Virus record (IMG/VR): IMGVR_UViG_3300020578_000065
Coordinates: 986-64,985 of that record
DNA: 64,000 bases
Reading direction: 5' to 3' (one strand)
Source of the DNA: a virus
Taxonomy: Duplodnaviria > Caudoviricetes
Both the position numbers and the translations under genes were made by a program. Below, piece after piece: positions 48,179 through 63,100 of this stretch; positions within the stretch are counted from its first letter, which is position 1; every line of letters starts with the position of its first letter. The notes beneath the pieces were generated by a model, which ran no database searches, was not told the origin of the DNA, and worked only from the letters and a program-made list of their open reading frames with translations.

Positions 48179-51100
48179 ATGGCAAGAATTAGAACGTTAA
48201 ATTTCTTACCTGAAATTTTTCATACTCCAACCAATCAACAATTCTTATCCGCTACTCTGGATCAAATTGTAAACAACTCTGATCAGAGACGTATACAGGG
48301 CTATGTAGGTAGTAAGTTTGGTTATGGTATTAACGCCAATGATCGCTATATTACAGAGCCTACTAAAATTAGAACAGATTATCAATTAACTCCTAGCATA
48401 ATCTTTACTAAAAAAGATGAGATGGCTGCTAAAGATTTTATAACTTACCCTGGATTAATTGACGCATTAAAGTTACAGGGCGGAGTTACTGAGAACAATA
48501 GTAAACTTTTCGAAAGTCAAATTTATAGTTGGGACCCATTTATTGACCTTGACAAAATTATTAACTTCAATCAATATTACTGGGCGCCAGAAGGGTTGCC
48601 AGCAGTTGAAATTGCTACTAATGTTGTATATAACAATACTGACTATGTAGTTAAAAGTGAATCAAATAATTATAATATTAGAAGTCTAGAAACGGCTACT
48701 GGCGAAGAAAATCCAACGTTAACGTTGTTGCGTGGCGGTACATATCGTTTTATTGTTGATCAAGATAGTGGTTTTTTTATTCAAACACAACCAGGCACCA
48801 GCGGTACAAGTGCCACACAACCAAATCGTAGTACACGACTAACACAAGATAATGGTGTAATTAACAATGGCGCTAGAGCAGGAGCAGTAATTTTTGAAGT
48901 CCCACAAGTTACAGCACAAGACAATCTTGTATTTACAAATCAAGTAGATGTTGATCTAGTAAGTAACTTAAACTTTCAAGATATAAATGGAAAATTATTA
49001 CAAGATGTAGAAAATATCGATGGAGTAACTGATTTAGAAGGCAGAACCATATTATTTTATAATAATACTACTGACGAAAAAGCATTTACAGATGGATTCT
49101 TTGCAGAAAGTAATTACGATATTAATATTGGCCTAATTAATGAAGCGGATCCTGATGAAATTTTTAATCCATCAGATAATTTTGCTAGCACTACGCCACT
49201 TACGATTGTAGTAACAAATACTTTAGCAAGTACTAATCGTTTGATAGTTGATACTACTAACTTACCCCAAAATGATATTAAGAATGTATTACAAGTAAAC
49301 AACGTTATTACATTTCCAAATAGTGTATTTGGGGGTATAAACCAATATAATGGTGCATTAAACAACGTAATTTATTATGTAAAAGAAATTATTGACGCAA
49401 ATAAATTTACAATATCGCAATCAATTAATGGTCCAGAAGTTACATTAACTACAGCAAGTGGTTCCATGAATGCTACTGTAAATCAAGGATTAAATGAAGA
49501 AGGATTTTACTCATTTGTTAATAATTATTTTTATATTGTAACTTATGTTGAAAATATAGATGATCCAGTAAATCCTATTATAAGATTAAAGCCTTATCAA
49601 CTAATTAATGAAAATACTCAAATTACAGCACTATATGGTACTGAATATATTGGTTTAGATTTTTATAAAGATTTAACAGGAAGTATAAAAGAAGTTCCAA
49701 ATATAACTGCTAATCTTAATACTCTATATTATCAAGATGCAAGTAATCCTAATAAGGTAGGTATACTACGCATAATAGAAAATAATATTGGTAATAACTT
49801 AAATGTTGAAACAGATATACTAGGTAAAAAGAATTTTCAAATTACAGTACCAAATCAGCAAGTAGTTATTTTTACTAATGGACTAAAGGTTTCCTTTAGT
49901 GGCGACGTTACCCCTATTAGTTATTTGGAAGGAGAGTATTATGTACAGGGTGTTGGTACTGAAAAAGGTATAGAATTAATTGATTTAAAAGAAACAGTAA
50001 CACCAGAGGCTTACACTTTTGAAAATCCTATACCATACGACATTTTTCCTTGGGACATAGGCGCATATAGTGGTAGTAATTCTATACCAATAAACAAAGA
50101 TTATATTACAATAGCACGTAATGCTATTAATAAAAATGGTTGGTCACGTAGCAACCGTTGGTTTCATAGTAGTGTAATTGATGCTACAGCAAAATATAAT
50201 AATAATCCAGAAATATTAAATGAATACGCAGTTGAAAAAAATAAAGCTAATCGTCCTATTATTGAATTTTATCCTAACTTAAAACTTTTTAATCAAGGCA
50301 CATTAGGTAAAACGCCCGTCGATTTTATAGATCGCAGAACATCTGATGCTTTCTCTATAGTAAATGGTCAGGTTAATTACTACCCTGATGTTAAAATATT
50401 TACAGGATATAATGCCACGATACAAGCAAGTCCGGGCTATAGTGGTACAGACAACGTTAATAGTACCGATTTAATTGTTGGCGAAATTTATGAAATTGTT
50501 AGTGTTGGTACTACCGATTGGATAGCATGCGGAGCAGAAAGTAACACAGCAGGAATATCATTTACTGCATCAGCAATAGGAGCAGGTACTGGCACAGCGA
50601 AGGCTTTAAGTTATACGTATGCATTAGTGCCACAAAGTTCAGTTAAAACATCACAGTCAGATGGTAGTATAATTGCTGCCACATTCACATTGACACAATA
50701 CATCAGTGATTTGGGAAACTACGAAAATCCTACTCCACTAAGTGGTATATTACCAACGAATGCTATAATTTCTTCAATCAGTGATATTACTATTTCTAGT
50801 ACAAAATATTTTAAATTACAAATTTCTTGGGCGAAAAATGATCCAATAGAGTCAGCATATACTAATAGATCACTTATTGCTAATCCATTTTTACAAGACT
50901 TTGATAATACAAATTATAATTTATTCAATGGCGCAAGAATAATTTTTGCAGCGGATACAAATGCTGAAGTACGTGATAAAATTTATGTTGTAAACTTATC
51001 GCCGATTACTGTAGGGGGCAAACCAATAATCTCATTGGTAGAGGCAAGTGATGGCGCTATTAAAGATAACGAACAAACAGTAATTACAAGAGGTTATTTT

Positions 51101-54100
51101 AATACAGGTAAAACGTACAGATTTACAGATGAAAATTATGGGGCATGGATATTAGCGCAGTTTAAATACGATACCAACCAAGAGCCTTTATTTGATGTAT
51201 TTGATAAAATAGGACAAAGTTTAAGTAACCAAGAAATTTATGAGGGCAGTAACTTTGCTGGTAGCAAACTATTTGCTTATGCGAAAGGTACTGGTACTGA
51301 TGATCCTGTATTAGGATTTCCTTTAGCATATAGTAGTTTAACAAATGTCGGTGATATTAAATTTGATGTTGCATTTAACAGTCAAAGATTTGATTACGTA
51401 AATAATTTAACAAACCTACCTGCGAATGAACCTATCAATTTGGGTTTCGTAAGAAATTATGAAACACGTAGTCTGTTTGAAAGATTGACAGGATGGGTAC
51501 CAGCCATTGCACCTAGCGTACAATATCAAAACTTCGAATTTGATTTTTTCTCTGAAAATCCAAATAGAATATTTCAAATCGATGTACCTGTAAACGATCA
51601 GAAGCCTGACTCATGGCCAGTTGCGTTTGTTTATATTAATAATATACCCGTAGAAAAATCAGATTACATATATGCTGTAGAAAACGGAAAAACAAACTTT
51701 TTCATAGATGTAAAAAGTTTAACTAATACCAAAGTTCAAATACAGGTATTAAGTGATAAAGTAAGTAGTTCTGGTTATTATAGTATACCAATAAATTTAA
51801 ATAATAACCCATTTAATACAGATATTAAAGAAGTTAATATTGGCGATATACGTAGACAATATACAAGTATTTTCTATAATAATAATACCATAAAAGGTGA
51901 AATTTTTGGCAATAATAATTTCCAAGATTTAGGAGATTTAATTTATTGGGGCGATAAAATTATACAGAATAGTGCTAGTTTAGTCGCTCCAGGCACTTTT
52001 AATAGAACTGAAAATAATAATTTATTTAATGCATTACTTTACAATAGTAGAGAATATATTAAATTTAAAACTTTATTAGTTGATACTGTAAACAATACAG
52101 ATTATCCACAAAGATATACTCCAGCAGTAATATTAGACGATGCATTAGATCAAATTACAAGTTCAAAAAGCCAAGAACAAAGTTTCTTTTGGTCTGATAT
52201 GGTTCCAAGTAAATCTCCATTTATAACAAATACGTATACCATAAAAAATAATATTGAAACTAGTTTTTATGATCTTAGTAAAATCTATAATTATACAAAG
52301 GCAAATTACGATGGAGTTTTAGTATACCTACAACGCAAAGCAGGAGTAATCAATAATGTATCGCAGTTAATGAAAGATGTTGATTATACAATTAGTACTG
52401 ATAGTCCATCATTAACAATCACAAAAGATTTGTTAAAGGGCGACACAATAATTATAAACGAATACAATCAAACATATGGCTCATATGTTCCTAACACTCC
52501 AACTAAGTTAGGTATGTATCCTGCTACAAAACCAGCAGTAATATATGATAAAAGTTATCAAAATTTTACATACTTTATTGTTGGTCATGATGGATCTTAC
52601 AATAAACTATATGGTAACTACGATCCTGTGACAAATACGTTACAGGACTATAGAGATCAAGTTTTATTTGAATTTGAAAATAGAGTTTACAATAATTTAA
52701 AACTTGAAGGATTGATTAGCCCAGTACAACAATTTGATTATATACCTGGATTCTTCAGATCAGAAGTTAATAATTTAACTAATTTAAATTATGAGCAATG
52801 GATCAGTATGTATAGTTTAACTTTCCTTGATTGGATTGGTCAAAATAGATTAAATTATAAAACACAAGTGTTTAACAGAAGTTCGCCATGGACTTATAAT
52901 TATAGAGATAGTTTAAATAAAGTTAATAAATCTTTAGTAACACAGGGTGATTGGCGTGGGTTGTATCAATATTTTTATGATACAACAACTCCTAACACTA
53001 CTCCTTGGGAAATGTTAGGATATGCTAATAAACCAAATTGGTGGGAAGAACGATACGGTCCTGCACCATATACAAGCAACAACCAACAATTATGGCAAGA
53101 TTTAGAAGCAGGATATGACTATGGCAGTCCAATATTAGATAGTAAGGATTTAATTATAGGAAAAAAATATAGAATTATTACATTAGGTACAACTGATTGG
53201 AATATAGTAGCAGGTACTTCAGGAGTTGCTTATAATGTCAATGACGATATCACTATAGTAAATCAGTACTTAGGGACAGGCACAGCGAATTCCATTATTA
53301 CATTTGCTGCTCGTCCAGGTCTATCTGAGATACTTCCAGTTAACGCCGCAGGTCAATTACTTAATCCAATAGAGTGTTTACTATCTAATTATGACGGAAA
53401 TATTTTTAAACGTGATTGGATTATAGGAGATAACGCTGCTGTAGAACTTTCATATCGTAGAAGTAGTTCATATCCTTTCGATTGTTTAAGAATTTTTGCG
53501 CTTTCTAATCCTGCAAAGTTTTATAACCTTTGTATCGATTTGGATGATTACAGATACAATATTGAATTTAATCAATATCTAGTAGATGATCGTAAACACT
53601 TAATTTACGATGATATAAAAATTTATGGTAATGGCACAGCAAAAACTAGTTACCTAAACTGGATAGTTGATTATCAAAAACAACAAGGCATCAAGGCAAC
53701 ACAAAATATTGAAGATTTGTTATACAATCTAGATGTAAGACTTACATACCGAATGGCAGGCTTTAGTGATAAAACTTTACTTAAGTTCTTTGTAGAAAAG
53801 AGCAATCCTAGTGCAACAAATACTTCATTATTAATACCAGATGCAAGTTATCAAGTTTTATTGTATGAAAATCAACCATCAGATAAAATAATTTTTACAT
53901 CAGTAATTATACAAAAAACAAAAAATGGATTTAAGGTATATGGTAATAGTCAAAAAAATGCATATTTTACTACTCTAGCACCTGACATAAACTCTCAACC
54001 TCTGCAAATTATTGTTGAAGGCCTTGAAGTAAATGTATATTCAAGTAGTTTAAATGAATATGAATATGTTCCATATGGCACTGAGTTTTATAACGTACAA

Positions 54101-57100
54101 GATGTAGCACAATTTATGCTTAATTATGGTGCTTATACCATATCATTAGGAGCAAAATATGAAACTCAATTAAATGGTATTGAAATAAATTGGGAAACTA
54201 TGGTTGCTGAGTTTTTGTATTGGGCGCAAATAGGTTGGGTAATTGGAGCAACATTAAATTGTAATCCAGCAGCATTGAGTTTAGAAATTGATAAAGAGAG
54301 TCATGTTGTACAACCATTAACTTTATATAAAGAAAATTTTGTACTAAATCAAAATCTTTTCCCTATTCAATTGAGCAATTTATCTATAGTGCGTGATGGT
54401 ACCAACTTTAAAGTTACTTGTTTAAATGAAGGAGAAATAGTAAGTTATGGTGAATTTAATTTGTCAAATATGGAGCATGGTATAGTATTTGATAACATAA
54501 CAGAATTCCAAGATATCATCTATAATTTAACAACCGGGGTACGCCAGAATAGAATTTATACTATAGGTAGTAAGAGTGCTGAATGGAACGGTTTCTTGTA
54601 TATTGCTGGCTTTATTTATAATCAAGACAATATTAAAGAATGGAATAAAAATACAAAATACACTAAGGGCAACATAGTAGAATATAAAAATAGATATTAT
54701 AGTGCTACTAAAGTTATTCAACCAGCAGAATCTTTCCAAGAAACTGAATGGATCGTAACTGATTATAATGAAATACAGAAAGGATTATTACCGAATAGTG
54801 CGACACGTAGTTACGAAAGCACATTGTATTATAATTCAAATAATGCAAACCTAGAAAATGAAGCGGACTTATTATCGTTTAGTTTGATAGGTTTTAGACC
54901 GCGCAGTTATATGAAAGCAGCGGATCTGACTGATATTACACAAGTTAACGTATTTAAAAATCTAATTAAAAATAAAGGCACGAAAAATGCAATAGACGCA
55001 TTTAAAGGCGCAAATTTACCGCAGGGCGGAATACAATATGATTTATATGAAAACTGGGCCATACTATCAGGAAAATTTGGTGGTTCACTAAGTGAAAATT
55101 TTATTGAAATAAGACTAAATGAAAATAAAATGGTAGGCAATCCTGGTACAGTATCGCTTACTACTGGCGATTTTACACCAGGCATGCAACAGTATGTACC
55201 ACTGAACAAAATATTTAATTACTCTCAGCCAATCACTAATGTGAACGTACTGCCAACTAAACCATACTCTCCGAATATGGTGTATCCTGATGCAGGATAC
55301 GTAAACTTTAATGATGTTAAAATGTCAAGTTATTTTTATAGCGACTTGCCAAATGCTATAAACAAGCAAGGTGATGTTGTTCCAATAGAAAATGTTTATG
55401 TTAGAGATTATATTTGGTTAGCAGATTATTTAGGCTCATGGAAAGTATGTACGCCTGACATTTTAATTAATAATTATAACAAAAGTTCTCCTGCTCCAGT
55501 CATTATAAATTTGACAACTAATCCCAATGGTACTGCAACACTTACATTTAATAATGCTCATGGATTAGAAAAATTTGATTTAATTATAATTATTAATTTT
55601 GATACAAGTGTTAATGGATATTATACAGTTTCAGAAATTATAAATCCAACACAAATATTAATAAACTTTGTTACCACAGAAGGTCTTATAATATCAGGCG
55701 AAGGCACTTGCTTAAAGTTAATAAATCAGCGTGTAAGTAATCCTACTAAGATACTTAATTTACCATTGCTATCAAGCGAATTTACACAAAATACTGTTTG
55801 GGTAGATGAAAATGATGATGGTGCTTGGGCTGTTTATCGCAAGAGTTTAAATTACAAGCGTGTAAAAGAATTAGAGATTGAAGGCAGCACCTCGTATGGA
55901 TATAGTGTTGCTTATAATGATAATTTTGGTTATCTAGTAGGAGATCCAGGGGATGTTGATAATACTGATGATATAACTCCAGGTAACGTTTATAGATACA
56001 CAGGACCATTAGATAACTTATTATTACTAGAAACATTTAATACAGGGGAAAGAAGTTTTGGACAAACAATAGCATACAATAATAACACAATAGTAATTTC
56101 ACAACCAACTGCAACTACAGACAAAAAAGTTTTTGTTTACGTTTATAATTCAAATAATAGTCTTACAGAAGATTTATTACTAACTCAGGAAATAGAACCT
56201 CCAACAACTGTAGATTCTTGGGGAGAATCATTAGCAATTAGCAATGATGGTAACTACATCTTTATCTTGAACAATGAAGATGCATTATCAAACAATAAAG
56301 AAATCTATGCTTACAAGCGTCAAAATATTAATCTAAGTGCAGAATATTTAACAGCCGACGAAACATATATTATTACTAGTGTGGGCACTACTGATTTTGC
56401 AGCAATTAGTACAACTACAACTACTACTGAAAACAAAGTAGGACAAATATTTGTAGCGACAGGCGCAGGCACAGGAACAGGCACGGTCACACAAATTAGT
56501 TATAAATTTGCTGGAATCATTTCTGATATTGATTCTACTGTGGGCGATAATTTTGGTAAATCTATTGCTTGCGATTACTATGCTGATACTATAGTTGTAG
56601 GAGCACCTAATTCAGATTACACAAGTCTTACTACAACTAAAAGTGATTGGGGTAGAGCAGTAGTTTATAATAGAATTTCACAAAATATTGAAGTGCAAAG
56701 CAATAGCGTTGGCGAAAATGCACAAGTATTCACGCTATTTGTTGATCCAAGTCCAGACACGGTTACTGTTAACTTATTAAACACTTATTCAAATAATGCA
56801 ATGGAACTATCAAGCACGACTGATATAAGTGTTAATGACCCAATAGTATTTTTAGGATCAGGACTTGCAGCAACTAATATTATAACAGCAAAAACTTATT
56901 ACGTAGCAGAATTAATTGCTGGTAATAAAATTAAAATTAAAACATCAAGATCAACAACTGATGTCTCTACACTAATAGAAAAACTAAGCATACCAGAAGG
57001 TACAGCAACGGCAACACCACAATTTTTACATGTTGATGTTACTGTTAACGGTATTAGCGTACAAGATAATAATTATGCATTAGTTGATACAACACTTTAT

Positions 57101-60100
57101 TATTCAACATATCTCAATGCAGGAGATATTATAAATATTAGCCAAAACACTTTTGTTAAGGTTCAAACTTTAACCTCAACGAATACACCAAAGACAGGTG
57201 TAGCCTTTGGTACAAGTGTTGATATTACATCTTTCGGAACAGAGATTATTGTTGGTGCTCCATTTGAATTACAAGATGGCAATGAAGGGGGCGTTTATAG
57301 ATTTACTGACGCCGGCGGCGAATATGGTATGATTATAGGCAGTGAAGAAGTTAATCTGACTACAAACCAATCAATATTATTAAATGGATACATGGTAAAT
57401 TTACTAGACGGATCAAATGCTGCTGATGTCGCGCAAACAATTAATTCAGCAAAAATAACCAATGTTCAAGCAGCAAGTACAGATCAAAACAAACTTATTA
57501 TTTCTTTAAGAAATATGTCTATTGCTGCTGCTAACCATGAATTAGAATTAACTGTTTCATCAATTGATACATTAAATGAATTAGGTATTACAATCTATCC
57601 TAATACACAACTTATTTCTTGTCCGCACAGTGAAACTCAGACGCAGTTTGGTAGCGTAGTAAAATTTGACGAAAGTAATAATAGTTTTGTTGCTAGTGCT
57701 CCAACTGGCACACGTTTTGCTGCTACTACTTTTGATTTTATTGATGATGAAAATCAGGACAACGATACAGTATTTGACAATAATGCAACACGTTGGATAG
57801 ACACATTTAGAAATGCTGGCGCAGTTTATATGTTTGATTATATTGCAAAATATGATGAAACTGTAACTGAACCAGGGGCCTACGTTTATGCTCAAAGTGT
57901 AAATTCAAATAGTTTAAGTTATGGTACACAGCCATTATATGGGTCAGCATTAGCATTTACAGACAATACAGTATTAGTAGGTACCCCTTATTATAAACCA
58001 GAAAGCGTGGATGGCCAAGTTGTAATATTTGATAATACTACTGGTCAAACAGACTGGGCAGTGTATCGTAAATCATGTGATATTGTTGATATTAATAGAA
58101 TAAACAATATACAATTATTCAGTGCTGAGACCAACAATTCTCTTTTAAACTTAGATTATATCGATCCATTAGCAGGTAAGATTTTTGGTGCAGTAAGACA
58201 AAATATTGATTATGTTTGTAACTTAGATCCAGCAAGTTACAATAATATTAGTAATAATACTAATGTTATTTGGGGTGATAACAACGTAGGCAAATTATGG
58301 CTAGATACATCAAACATGCGTTTTGTAAATTATCATCAAAATGACCCTGTTTATAATGCAACATATTGGGGAACATTATTCCCAGGTAGTGATCCAGCAA
58401 TTTATACATGGGTAGTCAGTGTTGATCCACCAACGCAATATACAGGGGTAGGCGTACCTAAAGATTTTAATAAATTTAGTATACAAACATTTATTGATCA
58501 ATCAGGCACGGTAACTCTTTGTTATTACTTCTGGGTGCGCTTTACTAATGTTATTGTACCCAATAGTGGAAAAACTTTATCTGATACAGTTATGGAGTCA
58601 TACTTATTGAATCCGCTACAATCTGGTATATCATATTTTGCTCCTCTGTTACCAAACAGTTATGCGATTTACAATGCTCAACAAAGTATTAAAAACACTG
58701 ATACAATATTGCATATAGGATATAAGAGTACAACAAGCGAAAGTATACCACATCAAGAATTTAATTTAGTTCGTTCAAACTTTGCTGATGACTTTTTGCC
58801 AGGACTGCCCAATACACAATATCCACATCCAACCTACTTATATGATAGAATGCTTGATAGCATGGCGGGAGTAGACGAGGAAGGTAGCACAGTACCTAAT
58901 CCGTATTTGCCAAGAGCAGTACAAAGTGGCGTATTGGTACGTCCAAGACAAAGTTTCTTTTATAATCGTTATACTGCATTAAAAAATTACATACAATATG
59001 CCAATACAATTATGGCACAATATCCGTTGGTTGAAATACGTCCAGACGCAACATTTTTTTATAAAGAAAATAAACCAATATTTGATATTGTTACTGGATT
59101 ATTAATTGTAAAGGACTTAACGTATAACATAGTAACATTAGGTAATACTACTTGGAGCACCATTGGCGCAACATTAGTCAGTGCAGGAGATTTTGTTATA
59201 GGTAAAACCTATATTATTAATACAATTAGCAATACAGATTACACGCTAATTGGGGCTAATACAAATAGTGTAGGAGTAAAATTTATTGCTACTGGTACTG
59301 GAAACGGCAACGGAACTGGCACTGCGTATGAAATTACTTTTACTGCTACTGCTAATGGCAACGGCGATGGCACTGCAAGCACATTGACATTTGATGAGGG
59401 AGAATTATATAAAACTTCTGATTATGTAACAAGAATAGATTGGTGGGCAGAAGGGTTCGATAATAATACCAAACCAGCATTTCAAGTGCAGTTATATAGC
59501 GATTTGCTACGATTGGAAAATATTGATATTAACACTATAGCCAGAGTTATAAAGGGCGGCAACAATACTAGAGAAACTTATATCTATGTTATCGAAACAT
59601 TAGATGATAATACTCAAATTGAACGTTGGAAGAGAATTGGGCTTGAAAAAGGCACATATGAAATTAGCAAAGAAATATATGATTATGATTTAGGTAAATA
59701 TGGCTACGGTGGAAACTTTTATGATACTGATAGTTTTGATGACTTCCCAAGTAATGAAACACGTTGGATAATACGTTGCTTAAACGAACAAATATTTACC
59801 AATGAACTGTTAATACATCGTAATAAAGCATTAATATTGCTATTTGAATATATTGTAAGTGAAACAAATGAAAGTCAAAATTATTTACCATGGTTAAACA
59901 AAACATCGCTGGTAGATGTAAAACACACAGTACGTGAACTTCTACCAACTGAAAAATTTCGTACTGATAGTGATGAGTTTTTAAGTGGCTACTTCAATGA
60001 AGTGAAACCTTATCACGTAGTAATAAAAGAATTTTTATTAAATTATACAAAACTAGATGTTTACCCTGGTACATTAACTGATTTTGATTTACCAGCATCA

Positions 60101-63100
60101 TATAATACTACTCAAGACGAATTCATTACTCCTCAGTTAGTTTACGGCCCACTTGTACAAAATAATAATAATCAATTCGATAAAACTAGTAGTGAGTGGC
60201 AAAACGATATTTACAACGAATGGTACAATAATTGGGGCTTGATGTTAAGCAGTTCCTATCAGTCTCCAAGTTATACAGACTACCTAACTGAAAATGAAAA
60301 ACTAGAAGAAACTATATATAGTGCAAACTATTTTATGACTACTCTACAAACATATTTGCCAATAACATCTACTACAGCAATTATGAAAAATGTTAGTGGT
60401 TTTCCGGTAACAGGTACATTTAGAATTGAGGAAGAACTCATTACCTATGCTGGAATTGATCGTGCAAGAAATTTATTAACAGGATTAACAAGAGGCGTAG
60501 AGGGTACAACTAAAACCGTACATTTGCCTAACTCAGAAGTTTATATGGAATTGCCGCCTATTATCGTAATTGACAGCGGTAGTCAATATAATGAGTTCAC
60601 ACCAAAAGTAACTGCTGTTGTTGATGAATTGATATATAGTGCACCAAGAAAACCTGCAGTACTTCAAGCAGTAATGGCCCTAGATAAAGTTATTAATATT
60701 GAAGTTTTGGATCCAGGATCTGGCTTCGAAACTAAGCCAGAAATAGTTATTGAACCATCTATAAAAATAGTCTTTAATAGCACAGCAGTAGACAATAATA
60801 CTAATACTATTTCAATTAGTGGTTTCACATTAAAAACAGGCGATAGTATAAAATATATTGCTGGATTCATAACTGTTGACGCTACAAATATTGTCCCGTC
60901 ACAAATTTATACAATCCAAACTATAGGCACTACAAATTTCACATTAATGGGCGCACCAAATAATCTAGTTGGAACAAAATTTATAGCAACTAGAGTTGGT
61001 ACAGGCACAGGCACATTAAAACAAAGCGTTCCAATTGATTATCTTGTAGACAATCAATGGTATTATGTTAGATTAATTGATAATATTCCTAATCCTATAG
61101 TAGCATTGTATGCCTCATACGCAGAAGCAGTACAGGATAAAAACAAGATTCCAATACAAGTATCAACTACAAATGTTGAAAATCAACTATGGTTAGGTGC
61201 AAGAGCATTAGCGGTCACAACAGCACAACCTGTTCGTGAAAATATTGTATCAATTAAATTTGATAGAAATAGTTTTGATAGTAAAGTCACTGATTGGGCT
61301 AAAGATAGGTTTTATGGTAGTTTCTTTGCAGGCGATTACGAAAGTCAAAGTGCTTCAAGTTGGTCACTAAAACTACAGTCAACACAGCCTGATATCAACT
61401 CAGTTTTAACATCATCACAAGGCTTTGTATTCCCAATTTACAATGCAACTAGAGAAAGTGAAGTAATACAGTCAACATTTGAACGTAGCGTCGAAAGTTT
61501 TATAGGCTCTACAATTACTTTAAAACTAAATGCCCCTTTATCTTCAACCACTTCTGGATCAACAATAGGCTTTTATGTTGGTATGCCAATTAAATTCAAT
61601 GGTAATATTTCTATTACCGGGTTACAAAATAATACCTATTACTATGTTAAAACAATATTAAATGAGACTGACTTTACAATCAGCGCAGAGCCAAATGGTA
61701 CAGTTATTTCATTTCCAATTAATTTGATTCCTACAGCAACAGTAGCATGTTATACAGGGGACGTTGTATATGGCACTCAAATTACTACAAATTATGATGG
61801 TATAAGAAAAGTTACAAAAAGCAGCAGTACAAATAATGCTTATACAATACCTGTAACTGCATTGGGCACCGGGGGTACACAACATATGTATATTGGTGCT
61901 CCAGTTATGTTTACACTTGATTTATTTGGCGGTGTAAGACAGAATCAGGTATATTATGTAACCACAGTTATCGACAGCGAGAACTTCACTATAAGTGAAA
62001 ATTCTACTCCATCAACATATTCTTTATTATCAGCATCATCAACAACAAATGAAATTCAATTAAATGTAGTGTCTGGCTTGAATATTGGCGATCCAATTAT
62101 TGTTAATAGCATGAGTATTGATGGTGTCTCAGTCCTTGACTTTGGTAATATTATTGCAGGAACAGTTTACTATATCTATGATATAGATGTACTAAATTCT
62201 GTCATAAAATTAACTACTGTTAAGAATGGTACAACAGAGTTAAGTTTAGATGATGTTTCAGAGGGAACAGGAACGTCAGCACTACTTACTTCACAAGTTG
62301 ATGTCGTACAGTTAGATAATTATACCAATGGCGATATGACTATGAACTTAGGTCTACCAGTAAGTCCTGGACAAGTCAATGGTCAAGCATTTACATTCTA
62401 TGAAACAGGTGCTGTATATGGGCCATTAGAACCAGATTTATTATTAAATGTAATTCAACGTAATATTGTGCAAAGCGTGGATACTAGCGACATTTTAGCA
62501 TTTAGTGAGTTGGGCGCTGGATTAACTGATGTGTACGTAAATATGCCATTTACACTTAACAAAAACATAGGTGGTTTAATCAAAAATGATGTGTATTATG
62601 TAAAATCGCAGAATACTATTAACGTATCTTGCAGTAGTAGTGGCAGTGGCACAATAATTAATTGTACAAGTACTAGTTTAATATACGATAAAATGCCAAT
62701 AGTATTTCAACCAGATCCCAATGGGGCTGAGCCAAAAGTATTTGGAACTATTATACAAGGACAAACTTATTATGTAAGAACAATAGGCATTGCTCCTTAT
62801 ACTAGTTTCCGTATTGCAAATTATCCTAACGGTACTCCTATTAATATAGGTAATGATTCAGGTAATATGCTAGGTATAGGCCCAGATTACATTACTGTAA
62901 GCAGCACATTAGGTGGCTCAACATTAACTTTATCTAGCCAAGCATTAAATGTTGTACTAACACAACATACAGACTTTGAAACAGATACTCCAACGTTTAC
63001 TGTACAATCGTTCTTAGGAGGATACAGCGTTCAGATTGTAAATCCAGGATCAGGCTTTACAATAGGTAATAAATTAATAATTTACGGGGAATATATAGGC

